This document shows, one piece after another, positions 12,040 to 23,904 of a stretch of 37,275 nucleotides of DNA; the first letter of the stretch is position 1; the number at the start of each line of letters is the position of its first letter. A program made the position numbers and the translations under genes. The DNA is taken from positions 7,596,629 through 7,633,903 of the forward strand of contig NC_057750.1 of NCBI RefSeq assembly GCF_004010195.1, read 5' to 3'. This DNA comes from Chiloscyllium plagiosum (Eukaryota). The notes below the pieces were generated by a model. It did no database searches and had not been told where the DNA came from. It worked only from the letters and a program-made list of their open reading frames with translations.

Positions 12040-13470
12040 CAATTGACCAGGATTGGATTTGATGCATGGCAAGACTGCAAAAGGCTACAGATTGGAGGGA
12101 TTTGGGAGTTCTTGTCCATAAGTTGCAAAGAAGATCCTAAGACATAGCAGAATTATATCATTCAGCCCATTGAGTCTGCTTCACTGTTCAATCGTGGCTG
12201 ATAGGTTTCTCAACCCCATTTTCCTGCCTTCTCTCCGTAATCCTTGATTCCCTTACTAATCAAGAACCTATCTATTTCTGTCTTAAATCCGTTCAATGAC
12301 TTGGCCCCGACAGCCCTTTGTGGCAATGAGGTCCACAGATTGACTGCCCTCTGGCTGAAGACATTTGTCCTCATCTCAGTCCTAAAGGTCATCCCTTCAC
12401 TCTGTGGCTGTGCCTTTGGGTCCTAGTCTCTCTCAGGAGTGGGAATGTCTCCATTCCTACACTATCCAGTCCAATTGCTTAGTTTCAATCAGATCACTCC
12501 TCATCCTTCTAACCTCCATTGAGTATAAACCCAGAATGCTCAAAGCTCCTCATATACAAGCCTTTCATCCCTGGGATCATTCTTGTAAACCTTCTCTGGA
12601 CCCACTCCAAACTTTCCTTAGATACAGGGACTGTAACTACTCGCAATATTCCAGATGTGGCCTTATACAGCCTGAGCAATATGTCTCTGCTCTTGTATTC
12701 TAGCCCTCTTGAAATGAATGCGAGCTTTGAATTTGCCCTCTTTAAAAAGCTAACAACCAAATTTACTGGATGATTGGAAAAATAAATGGAGTATTGTCAT
12801 TTATTTCAAAGTGAACGAAAAGGGAGGTTTTGCTAAGACTGTAAAAGGCACTTTCACACCAAAACTGGAATGCTGTGAACATTTTTGGCCCCATATCTAA
12901 GGAATAGTGGAGGCAGTCCAGAGAAGATTGACTAGGTTGATACCAGCTATGAAGGGACTGTCTTGTGAGGGGAGGTTGAGTAGATTCTGTCTGTATTTAT
13001 TGGAATATAAAAGAATGAGAGGTGACCTTGTTGAAATATATAAAAGTTTTGTGAGATTTGACAGGGTAGATGGGGAAAGGCTTCCTTCAAAGTTTGGGAG
13101 AAGATTTGTAGCTCGGGTGCTCATTGGTGTGGTTCTGTTTGCCGAGCTGGGAATTTATGTTGCAGACATTTCGTCCCCTTCCTTCCTCTTGTTGGAGAAT
13201 CTAGAACCATTGGGCATAATGTTCGAATAGGGGGCCACCCAGAGGTGAGGAATCTTTTTTTTTTCCCCGAGAGAAGTGAATCTGTGAGATTCTTTCCAAC
13301 AGAGGGCTGTTGAGGCAGGCTCCATAAATATATTTGAGCTGAGAAGTTTTTAATCTGTGATGGAGTCAAGGGTTATGGGAAGAAGACCGGCAAGTGGAGT
13401 TGAAGATCAGCCATGATCTCATTGAACAATGGAGTAGACTCGATGGGCTAAATGGCCTCCTTCTGTGATG
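12040..13470. mobile_element. Cluster of CR1 fragments (- ~12140-12730, + ~12770-13470)
   Basis: Peptides AFISRGLEYKSRDILLRLYK and EAVQRRLTRLIPAMKGLSCEGRLSR..RMRGDLVEIYK. Confidence 0.8.
13089..13177 (-). mobile_element. Short PLE 3'-end insertion (family C relative) with 8-bp TSD
   Basis: 'cttccttc' at 13081-13088 and 13178-13185. Resembles the reverse complement of 1700-1790. Confidence 0.65.
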
Positions 13471-13509
13471 TATTCTGGTCCTGGTGCTTGCTGCTGTCCT
13501 GGGTGAGTG

Positions 13510-13725
13510 GGGACAAACAGGAAGGGCCTGTTAAAACAGAGGGCCGATGAAATGATGGCCTGGCAGAAGGAAAAGCGGTCAACTTCAGCCCAGTGCTATC
13601 CATCTCTGCCAGTCAAAGGGCCGGCCACACTCAAATCAGCGTCTACAGACAATCTGCAAGACAGAAGTGACATTTACCCAGAGCAGATGGCAGTCATTAT
13701 CCTAAGACAGACAGATGTGATGTCT
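13510..13725 (+). mobile_element. Possible old RTE-like LINE 3' end
   Basis: Recalled resemblance only. Confidence 0.3.
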
Positions 13726-13959
13726 GTAGGATGGTTGAGACTCCTTCCCAAGGCCTGGTGAACCAAGAATACTGCCTACTGTTACCATTTGCCATTGGTG
13801 CATATTGGAAGGATTCATAGGGTGAGCTCCACCTGTTTGACCATGTTATGAACACACGTTCCTTGGCAGTCAAGTCCTGGGATCGGACTTACACCACAAA
13901 CATTTGGCTCAAAGGCATTGGTGCCACAGGATCCCAGTTAAAATGTATCAATATTAAAT

Positions 13960-14270
13960 GGGTGGCATGGTGGCTCAGTGATTAGCATTGCTGCCTCACA
14001 GCGCCAGGGACCTGGGTTCCATTCCACACTCTGGTGACGGTCTGTGTGGAGTTTGCAGGTTCTCCCAATATCCACATCCGCTGAGTGCCCCAGTCTCCTC
14101 CCACTGTCCAAAGATGTGTAGATTGGTACATTGGCCTTGCTAAATTGCCTATTGTGTCCATGGATGTGCACACTAGGTGGATTAGCCATGGGCAATGCAA
14201 GGGTGGATCTGGGTGGGATGCTCTTCAGAGGGTTGGTGTGTCCTCGAGCAGCCCAAATAGCCTGCAACGT
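13960..14270 (+). mobile_element. HE1-type SINE
   Basis: A/B boxes and V-domain, homologous to 7967-8300. Confidence 0.85.
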
Positions 14271-14315
14271 ATCATAAATGGAGCGAGGTACATTGCTTAA
14301 TAAAACTGTGTATAT

Positions 14316-14896
14316 TGTTATGGACCACACCAGGCCCCCTCAAAATACTCTCAGAAGGTAGTCTAGAAACTAGTTATTCTTATTTCAATGGCAAATGTAA
14401 AATATCTGTCCCAGATGCAATGTGACTGGTCAAACTACTGTGTTTAGCAAAACACTAATATCTTACTGTAACTCTGGAAAACTTAACAGAAAGAAAGGTA
14501 CAGTAACTATTATTAATTAACTGTTCCGATATAGTAACATCCCATATGTGCATCCCTTGACAAAAAAATGCAAATTCAGGTGCAGAATCTCACATGTAGT
14601 TCTCCAATTTAGGAGGGAAAGAAGCATCGAGAAAATTCAGAGAGAGTTGCAGTTGCAGCCTGGAGACGTTCACTGAAGCCACCAACTGTGCTAAGACCCC
14701 AAAGGCTTCAGATGCTACTGTGAAATCCTGATCTGTGAGAGCTGGCCAAACAATTCAGGCTGTTCAAAAAAAAAACCCAAGGCCTGCCAAGCTGTTTGCA
14801 CAAGTGCTCTCAGTAGCTAGCTTGTAACCTCTGCCTGGCAAACTGTTCAAATTGAAACAGGACAACATAACCTCTTAAAGTGATAGCATTGTCACA
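14316..14896 (-). mobile_element. Solo LTR (probably Gypsy-type)
   Basis: 581 bp, TGT...ACA termini, 4-bp TSD ATAT at 14312-14315 and 14897-14900. Strand is tentative. Confidence 0.65.
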
Positions 14897-15204
14897 ATAT
14901 TTCGCTTCAAGAGTATAAAATATCACCTTTAAGGGTACTGGATAAGTATTTGACAATGAGCCCTAAGCAAAGGTATGGGGGCAGGGCAAGAAACCAGATT
15001 AGTACTTACTTCTGTAGCAACCATCAGAAGTAAGATGGGCCAATATAGGTTTTAAATTCAGTAGTGTCGGAGTTAAATTGAATATTGGAACTGACTTGAG
15101 GGACTAAACACACCATGCTTGTTTGTACATAACCTACAATGGAAAGTGTGGGAGCTTGCAGTGTTCGTTCCAGCAATGTCTACAGCCCCCCCAAAAAAGC
15201 TTTT

Positions 15205-15775
15205 AATTGACAATACAAAAGCAGGTCAGTGGCTCTGAATATTGCGGCAAGTAACTCACCTCCTGACTCCCCAAAACCTGTCCACCATCTACAAGGCACA
15301 AGTCAGGAGTGTGATGGAATACTCCCCACTTGTTGGGTGCAGCTCCAACAACACTCAAGAAGCTCAACACCATCCAGGGCAAAGCAGTCCCTGCTTGATT
15401 GGCACCACATCCACTTCCTCCACTAGCAGTGCTCAGTAGCAGCAGTGTGTACTGTCGACACAATGCAGAAACTCATCAATGATCCTCAGTACCTTCCAAG
15501 CCCACAACCACATCCATCTAAAAGGACCAGGGCGGTAGATTTATGGGAACATTACCAATTGCAAGTTCCCCTCTGAGCCACTCGCCATCCTGACTTGGAA
15601 ATATATCGCCGTTCCTTCAAAATCCTGGGATTCCCTCCCTAAGGGCATTAAGGGTCAACCCACAGCAGGTGGAATGTAGCAGATCAAGAAGGCAGCTCAC
15701 CCCCACCTTCTCACCTAGGAACAGGCAAAATAACCTGGCCAGCAAGTCACATCCATATCCCACACATCAATAAAT
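15205..15775 (+). mobile_element. LINE 3' end (CR1-group, distinct from HER1)
   Basis: Peptide HLLTPQNLSTIYKAQVRSVMEYSPL. Second copy at ~28490-28895. Confidence 0.75.
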
Positions 15776-15779
15776 AATG

Positions 15780-15957
15780 ACTTGAAGGTGCTGGCGTTGA
15801 ACTGGAGTGTATTAAATTTAAAAAATCACACCACACCAGGTTATAGTCCAACAGGTTTATTTGGAAGTGCTAGCTTTCGGAGTGCTGTTTCTTCGTCAGG
15901 TGGTTGACCACAAATAAACCTGTTGGACAATAACCTGGTGTTATGTGATTTTTAACT
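15780..15957. mobile_element. PLE-derived fold-back element, family A
   Basis: 'aaaaatcacaccacaccaggttatagtccaacaggtttatttg' inverted at ~15911-15955. Degenerate hammerhead on the minus strand at ~15869-15902. Confidence 0.75.
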
Positions 15958-16624
15958 ATGAATAAATTTTTAAAAAACCAGAAGTTTTAGATATCCCAAG
16001 GTTATGAAAGGTGCTAGGTAAATGCAAGATTTTTTTTGTGTGAACGGTTGCTTGACATGTCAAAGCAACACATCATAGATGGTGTAATCTCACAAACTAG
16101 CCTACAAGGCAATGGTGCCTAAGTAACAGGGAAATTCAACAAAGGGGGATCTGAGACACCTCATACCTGACGGAGAAACCTGAGACCCTAGGGCAGAATG
16201 GGAGAATGTTTGCAAAGCTCCTTTGCAAAGCTTTGCTGCTGTGTTTGTGTACGAAACATTGACATCTGCTGCCCCTGCCCTCGCTCCTCTCCTCCTGCCA
16301 CCAGCTCTCTTCCTTTGTTCAGTCTGCTTGAAGCTACTTTCCTGTAGTTCAAGTACCTGAAGTGGTGTTTTGTAAACGAATGAGCCGTGACACTGTGTCC
16401 AGGGGGGCCAACTGCCACTTGGATTCAGAAAATGGGCAGTGGATTGCACTTTGCATCATTAGAACAGAATTAGAATTAGCTTTATTGTCACAGGTATGCC
16501 AGTGAGTGCAGTGAAAAGTTTACAAGTTGCCACTTAAGGTGCCATCTTAGCTACCAACGTACCTAGATGCAACTTCTTAAGTACAAATTCTAATGGGGAA
16601 AATTTTTTTAAAAATACATACAAT

Positions 16625-16935
16625 GGATGTTTGCTCGCTGAGCTGGAAGGTTCGTTTTCAGACGTTTCGTCACCATACTAGGTAACATCTTCAGTGAGCC
16701 TCCGAATGAAGCACTAGTGGTGTGGCCGCCATGCCAGGCCGAGAGACTGCCATGCCGGTTGAGACTCTGCCATGCTGGGCCGAGAGACCGCCACACCCAG
16801 CCTCACTCCTGATGAAGGGCTCTTGCCTGAAACGGCGATTCTCCTGCTCCTTGGATGCTGCCTGACCTGCTGTGTTTTTCCAGCACCGCACTCTCAACTC
16901 TGACCTCCAGCATCTGCAGTCCTCACTTTCTCCTA
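16625..16935. mobile_element. Back-to-back PLE ends: family C (-, 16625-16723), ~21-bp repeats, family B (+, 16805-16935)
   Basis: Homology to 1539-1643 and to 32709-32800. Confidence 0.75.
16659..16696 (-). ncRNA. Minimal type I hammerhead ribozyme motif, family C
   Basis: Minus strand reads CA CUGAAGA U GUUACC UAGUAU GGUGAC GAA ACGU C UG: core, 6-bp stem II, palindromic stem III, GUC triplet, 2-bp stem I. Confidence 0.75.
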
Positions 16936-17014
16936 CGGAGTAAAGCCCTGTCAAACCCCTTCAGAATCTGCAACCAATGCTGCTGTTTCTGCTGCTGGAG
17001 GCCATATGCATAGG

Positions 17015-17400
17015 TCACAGAGTCATAAGGCACGGAATCAGACCTTTCAGTCCGATTCGTCCATGCCAACCAGATATACGAAGTTAATCTAGTCCCATTT
17101 GCCAGTATTTGACCATATCCCTCTAAACCCTTCCTATTCATATACCCATCCAGATGCTTTTTAAATGTAATTGTACCAGCCTCCACCACTTCCTCTGGCA
17201 GCTCGTTCCATACACGCACCACCTTCTGTGTGAAAAAGTTGCCCCTCAGGTCCCTTCTAAATGTTTCCCCTCTCACCTTAAACCTATGCCCTCTAGTTTT
17301 GGACTCCCCTACCCATGGGAAAAGACCTTATCCATGCCCCTCATGGTTTTATAAACTTCAGTAAGGTCACCCCTCAGCCTCTGAAGCTTGAGGGAAAGTT
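17015..17400 (-). mobile_element. HER1/CR1 3' end
   Basis: Peptide RGETFRRDLRGNFFTQKVVRVWNELPEEVVEAGT. Confidence 0.85.
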
Positions 17401-17744
17401 AGGATTCACCTAGCTTAATGGCTGGTCTCTGAAATCGGAGTGAAGCCAATATGACATGTTCATTTCCCTCATTACCTGAGGTTACTGTAATGTGCTGAGG
17501 TTACTCAACCATGGCCCTCATCTGAGGTACAGTGATCCTCAGGTTAAACTCATCACGAGTTTTCACTCTCTAATAAGAGAGCAGGGCTTTACTTTTGCTA
17601 ACTTATTTAAAATGAGAATAATCTTCTCACAGGAGGCAGGTCATACTGTTCAAACTCTGTCGACATTTGTGTTGCATCTCAACACCACAATCTGATAAAC
17701 TTCGAAGATAGTTAGTCCTCTCTGACATCTCTATTGTAATGGGG

Positions 17745-18630
17745 TCACAGGCAAGCATCTGGCAAATGAGGTACAATGTGAGGTCATCCATTTTGGTAGG
17801 AGGAATGGCAAAATGTGCTTTTACTTAAATGGCTAAAAATTGCAGTCTGCTGCTGTGCAGAGGGATCTGGGTGTCCTTGTGCAGGAATCACAAAACGCTG
17901 GTTTGCAAGTGCAGCAGGTAGTTAAGAAGGTGAATGGAATTTTGTCCTTCATTGCTAGAGGGATTGAATTTAAAAACAGGGAGGTTATGCTGCAGCTGTA
18001 CAGGGTGTTGGTGAGGCCACATCTGGAGTACTGCATGTAGTTTTGGTCTCCTTAAAATGTCCCCTTTTAGTGCTGTTTAAGTTCCAAAGTTCCAGAACCC
18101 AGATGTGCCACATTGTGCCTCCGTGAACCTTCGACTCTGTTAGAGGGGCTATATGTGTGTAAATTATTGTTGTCGGTCCCACACCAACGCTTACCAAGGC
18201 TTGTCAACAAGACTGCCAGTGGAAAGGTCTCTGCCCATAGCATCGCTGAACCCATTGAAGAGGTGTGACATCGAACTGATGTAGACAAAATGATAAGCCG
18301 CAGTGTCACGGAATTCCATACCTTACTGAGAACCACGCTCAGAAAGAGGAATGTAGATAGAAGCAGGGAGGTTGTTTCCACTGGCAGGGAAATTAGAACC
18401 AGGGGGCATAGTCTCAAAATAAGGGGGAGCAGATTTTGGATTGAGCTGAGGAGGAACTTCCTTCACCTAAAGGCTTGTGAATCTGTGGAATTCCCCACCC
18501 AGTGAAGTAGTTGAGACTTCCTTGTTTAATGTTTTTAAGGCAAAGGTAGATTTTTGAACAGTAAAAGGGTTTAGGGTTATGGTGAGTGGGCCATGATCTT
18601 ATTTAATGGCGGAACAGGCTCGAGGGGCCA
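17745..18630 (+). mobile_element. CR1 3' fragment whose middle is replaced by an inverted copy of 19029-19316
   Basis: QRDLGVLV..ARGIEFKNREVMLQLYRVLVRPHLEYC before 18056, and RTRGHSLKIRGSRF..RRNF after 18355. Confidence 0.8.
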
Positions 18631-19316
18631 GAATGGGGGGCTGTCTTTTCCCTTTCCATGCCAGCCCTGTTGAAGAGCACGTCAGTGGCAGACCCATCCT
18701 GTCGCACATTTATTGATTAGCATGACCCCACCACCCCCACATCCCCCAGACCTTTCAGGAGTTCAGGTGTGCAAAGTGCCTACTGTAAGTGGCTGCGAGC
18801 AGACCTGGGTCCACCTGCAGGTAACTTGAGAATCTCCCTTTCTCCCAGCACAGCCTTTGGAGCATGTTTGAACCCAGTGTGACAAGAGAGTTCACTATAA
18901 CCAACACCCCTCCAGCGACTGGCCCAGCACCAGGAAAGTGACAAATGGGGCTTGGCCTCCATTAACGGTGAAATGAGAAGCAGCTCAATTTCGACACGTT
19001 ACAAAAGGGCACGTCTGCACAGACAAACACATTCCTCTTTCTGAGCGTGGTTCTCAGTAAGGTATGGAATTCCGTGACACTGCGGCTTATCATTTTGTCT
19101 ACATCAGTTCGATGTCACACCTCTTCAATGGGTTCAGCGATGCTATGGGCAGAGACCTTTCCACTGGCAGTCTTGTTGACAAGCCTTGGTAAGCGTTGGT
19201 GTGGGATCGACAACAATCATTTACACACGTATAGCCCCTCTAACAGAGTCGAAGGCACAATGTGGCACATCTGGGTTCTGGAACTTTGCAACTTAAACAG
19301 CACTAAAAAGGGACAT
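18057..19316. repeat. Long inverted repeat: arms 18057-18354 and 19029-19316, ~674-bp spacer
   Basis: Direct alignment by eye: inner ~178 bp identical, outer part with about 5 substitutions and one 10-nt indel. Confidence 0.95.
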
Positions 19317-19409
19317 GAATTTAACGTTTGTCATCTTAGATGCATCAGGATTGAAACGCAAGAAAACCAACTTAGAATTGCAACAGAAAGCTTCAACAGT
19401 GTCTCCCAT

Positions 19410-19724
19410 GAGCGGCAGAGTGGCTCAGTGGTTAGCACTGCTGCCTCACAGCGCCAGGGACCTGGGTTCAATTCCAGCCTTAAGTGACTGTCTATGTGGT
19501 GTTTGTATGTTCTCCCTGTGTCTGTGCGGGTTTGCTCTGGTTTCCTCCCACAGTTCAAAGATGGGCAGGTTAGGATGGATTGGCCATGCTAAATTGCCTG
19601 TAGTGTTCAGGAATGTGTAGGGGCATGTAGGTAAGGGAAATGGTTCTGTGTGGGATACTGTTCAGAGGATCGGTGTGGATTTGTTGGGCCGTAGGGCCTG
19701 TTTCCACACTCTAGGCATTCTATG
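19410..19724 (+). mobile_element. HE1-type SINE
   Basis: A/B boxes, V-domain, tail. Confidence 0.85.
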
Positions 19725-19959
19725 AAAATGAGTGATGGTCCACCTGACTCCCCAAACATAATGCAATGCTGTGGACAAGATGAAGTGTTGGCTTAAAATC
19801 TCAATCAAAAGGTGACACTTTTTGACAATGTGGCCATCCCACATGACTGCACTCGAGTGCCAGCCTAGGTTATGTACCCAGCTCTCTGAAGTGCACCGTG
19901 AACACAGACTAATGTGCATCATGGTGTATTAATTTTGAGACCTGCACCACTGACGGAAG

Positions 19960-20215
19960 ATCGGGACAAGGGAAGGGTTCAAGTTCCACTCCATTGCAGG
20001 ACGGGAATGCTGCTGCCTTTTGGATAAGGCATTACACTGAGATCCTGTCTGCCCTCTCAAGTGGATGTAAAAGCATTGGGGCATTGACTTGAAGAAGGGC
20101 TGGGGCAATCTCCCACAGTGAAGATGACAAAAAAAAACAGATGATCCAATCCTCATTTCGTTTCACTGTTTGTGGGATCTTGCTGTGCACAAACTGATTG
20201 CCCCATTGCCAACAA
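19960..20215 (+). mobile_element. DeuSINE (SacSINE1/AmnSINE-like) remnant
   Basis: 'cctgtctgccctctcaagtggatgtaaaag...ctgtttgtgggatcttgctgtgcacaaa' matches my recall of the Deu domain. Similar pieces at ~25250-25345 and ~33120-33180. Confidence 0.6.
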
Positions 20216-20331
20216 TGGGGGGCGGCGCTGGGCGTATTGTTAATGCCGCAGGACCAGCTACCCAGAGGCTTGGGCTAATGCTTTGGGGACGTGGGTTCAA
20301 ATCCCACCACCATTCCTGGTGGAAATGAACT

Positions 20332-20670
20332 GAGTGGCACAGTGGTTGGCACTGCTGCCTCACAGTCCGAGGGACCCAGGTTCGATTCCACCTTCGGGTG
20401 ACTGTCTGTGTGGAGTTTGCACATTCTCCCCGTGTCTGCGTGGGTTTGCTTCGGGTGCACTAGTTGCCTCCCACAGTCCAAAGCTACACAGGCGAATTGG
20501 CTGTGCTCAATCGCTTGTAATGTCCAGGGATATGCAGGCTAGGTGGGTTAGTCATGGGAAGTCAAGTTTAAAGGGATAGGGAAGGGGGAAAATGGGTCTG
20601 ATTGTGATGCTCTTTGGAGGGACAGTGCAGACCCAATGGTTGAAACAACACTGTCGGGATTGTGTGATTC
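20332..20670 (+). mobile_element. HE1-type SINE
   Basis: 'tggcacagtgg' A box, 'ggttcgattcc' B box, V-domain. Confidence 0.85.
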
Positions 20671-20926
20671 AAAGTACAGCTTCCCTTCCGCTTAGAGTCA
20701 GCAGCAGGCAGAAATGGGCACTGCATTTATCATCCAGAGTGCTCAGGCTAATGTTCTAATGTGTTCAAGTCCCACATTGGCAGATGGTGAAGTTTGAAAT
20801 CAGTTTTGAAAATCTGAGACACAATGTTGTCAATTGTTGCAAAAACAATTCTAATGTCCTTTTGGGAAATAAAGCACCGTCCTTACCTAGTCTGGCCTAC
20901 ATGTGACCTCAGACTCACAGCAATGT

Positions 20927-21270
20927 GATTATGGAATCCCGACAGTGTAGAAGCAGGCCATTTGGCCCATCGAGTCCACACCAGCCCTCCGAAAGGAATC
21001 CCAGCCAGACCCATCCCAACAACCCTGCATTTCCCATGGCTAACCCCATCTAATCTGCACATCCTTGGTCGCTACAGGGCAATTTAGCATGGCCAGTCTG
21101 CCCTAACCTGCACATCTTTGGACTGTGGGTGGAAACCAGAGCACCAGGAGGAAACCCACGCAGACACGGGGAGAATGACCAAACTCCATACAGACAGTTG
21201 CCCGAGGGTGGAATCGAACCAGGGTCCCTAGTGCTGTGAGGCAGCAGTGCTAACCACTGAGACTGTGCTT
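20927..21270 (-). mobile_element. HE1-type SINE nested in a second-family SINE (~20710-21350)
   Basis: Reverse-complement match. The host SINE resumes after 21270. Confidence 0.85.
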
Positions 21271-21414
21271 CCCATGGTTGACTCTTACTGCTCTCTTGCG
21301 CAATTAGTGATGGGCAATCAATGTTGGCCCACATCCCATGAACAAACAAAAGGTCAAAAATAGAAAATAAACTACAGCAATGACTACACTTCAAAATTTC
21401 AATGGCTCCATATT

Positions 21415-21765
21415 TTTTTTATATTCATTCACAGGATGAGGGCATCACTGGCCAGGTCAGCATTTGTTATCCATCCCTAATTGCCCCAGAGGGTGATTAA
21501 GCGTATACCCCATTGCTGTGGGTCTGGAGTCACGTATAGGCCAGACCAGGTAAGGATGGCAGATATCCTTCCGTAAATGGTAAGAGTGAACCAGATGGAC
21601 TTCTCCCAACAATCGATTTGTGGTCAGCACCAGACTCACAATTCTAGATTTTTATTGGATTCAAATTCCAACCTACTTGGGCAGAATTTGAACCCAGGTC
21701 TCCAGAACATAACTGGGTTCACTAGATTAACAGTCCAGCGATAAGACCACTAGACCGTTGCCTTC
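21415..21765 (-). mobile_element. tRNA-derived SINE, second family
   Basis: Homologous to 5620-5935. Confidence 0.7.
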
Positions 21766-22488
21766 CACAAAGTGAGCCATGACATGGCGGATTGGCCATG
21801 GGACATTGCCCACAGTGTGCAGGCTGAGTGGAATAGATATGCAAATTGGGTGGGTCGGATGTGGTGGACGTTCACTGGTTTGATGCTGGAGTTGAGGGTG
21901 TTGGCTTATAAGGAGATGCTGAGTAGACTGGGATTATATCCATTGGAATTTAGAAGTTGCAAATGGTGTTATATAAATGCTTTCTGTGTGCTCTGTGGTA
22001 ACTGGGAGTCCCCCTACAGCAGGTGGTACGTCCCATTGCCTGCAGGGTGTGGGGCTGTCCTTCAGGAGAAGCTCAGGGCTGGGCCAGGAGTTAATCTGTC
22101 GCTGTCCCTCTGCTCAATACACTAGAGTGTTCCTTTCACATTTTAAATGGAACAAGCTTTACTAATGATGTACCGAATAGCTAGCACTTAAAAGAAAAAT
22201 CTGTGACCAAAACAAATTTACTTAAAGTATTAGTTACATCTAAAATAAGGGAAATCAATAAGACATTTCTTTGGCCCATTCCAACTCCCAAATCTCTGAT
22301 TGAAGGAATTTATTAAATATTAATAAAAGAGCATCTGAACTGACAGCTATTTAATCAGATATTAACCTCTGAACAGCCTCCAAGGGTTTTGAGTCCGAGA
22401 GTCCATCTGGAGAACGAATCAGTTCACTGACTCCCCAGTGAGGCTGCCTACTCTCCTTGGGGTAAAGTCTAAAAGACTGTGCAGTGGA

Positions 22489-22735
22489 GGGTGGCACGGT
22501 GGCTCAGTAGTTAGCACTGCTGCCTCACAGCGTCAGGGACCCAGGTTCGCTTCCACCCTTGGGCAACTGTCTGTGAGGAGATTTCATGTTCTCCCTGTGT
22601 CTGTGTGGGTTTCCTCCCACAGTCTAAAGATGTCCAGGTTAGGGTGGAGTGACCATGGGAAATAGCCTGCACACTGTGGGCAATGTGGAATAGACATGGG
22701 AATGCAGGGTTACAGGGATGGGTTGGGCATGGTGG
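22489..22735 (+). mobile_element. HE1-type SINE (3'-truncated, joined to a CR1 fragment)
   Basis: A/B boxes and V-domain. Confidence 0.8.
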
Positions 22736-22864
22736 AGGTTCACTAGTTTCATTCCAGGGTTGAGGGGGTTGGCTTATGAGGAGACGCTGAGTAGACTGGG
22801 ATTATATTCATTGGAATTTAGAAGAATGAGGAGAGGAGGATTTTATAGAAACATATAAAGTTAT

Positions 22865-23163
22865 GATTAGATTAGGTTTCCTACAGTGTGGAAACAGGCC
22901 TTTCGGCCCAACAAGTCCACACCAACCGTCCGAAGAGTAACCCACCCAGATCCATTTCACTTTGACTAATGCACCTAATACTATGCGCAATTTAGCATGG
23001 CCAATTCACCTAACCTGTACATCTTTGGACTGTGAGGAAACCAGAACACCCAGAGGAAACCCACACAGACACGGGGAGAATGTGCAAACCCCACACAGTC
23101 ACCCATGGCTAGAATTGAACTTGGGACCCTAGTGCTGTTCTAACCACTGAGCCGCCGTGCCAC
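22865..23163 (-). mobile_element. HE1-type SINE
   Basis: Reverse-complement match including the (gatta)n tail. Confidence 0.85.
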
Positions 23164-23904
23164 AGTAAAGGGGTTAAGGGTTATGATGAGAGGGTGGGTA
23201 AGTGGAGCTGAGTCCACGATAAAATCTGGAGGAGCCAGATGGCCTACTCCTGCGCCTAAATCTTACGTTCTTATGCTGTTTGGAGGGTCAGTGTGCACCT
23301 GATGTGTCCTCACGAGCTGAAGGGGCAGTGCTCTGAAAGCTTGTGATTTGATACAAACCTGTTGCACTGTAACCTGGTGTCGTGTGACCTCTGACCAAAG
23401 GGGAAAATGGTGGCGATCTGCCTTCTTGCACAGTTGCTGAAACGATTTCCAACTGGCTTTATGTTATTTCCTCAGCTTGTCGCTCCCTGTGATCCAAGAA
23501 GGGGTTAAAATAACAGGCACCTCGATGTTAAGCTCAGTTGTCATACAAAAGCTTCGGATGCAAATCTGAATGTCAGGCCTCGTCATTGCAATGGGGTGTA
23601 TAGTTGCTGTGAATGAATATTAAAGGGTCCTCAGAGACACACTTTCCCCAGAGTGTGAGCACAGCTTTGCAAAATGGATTCACTTAATGAAACTGATCCT
23701 CGCCAGAGCTTGTATCAACTTTTCGCAGTGTAACCCAAATCCAGGTAACGTCAGTGATACCCTACACAGGCCAATGGGATGGGGGGGGGGAAGAGTCAGA
23801 AACACAGGATGTTCGGGTAACTGTCCATCTGGTCAGGCAATCACTAACCCTGAAAACACAGCAGCCTGCAACTCCAGTATCGCACACGAGCTGGAGAATA
23901 AATC

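Noticed and set aside
16102..16449. Possible exon of a neighbouring minus-strand gene
   Set aside because: No recognisable protein similarity in the listed frames and no consistent exon chain.
19047..19487. 146-aa ORF and its twin at 18067-18417
   Set aside because: The shared peptide is a by-product of the inverted duplication. Both run into repeats and resemble no protein I know.
23476..23744. Plus-strand exon between an acceptor-like and a donor-like site
   Set aside because: Stops in all three frames. It could only be non-coding, and there is no supporting evidence.
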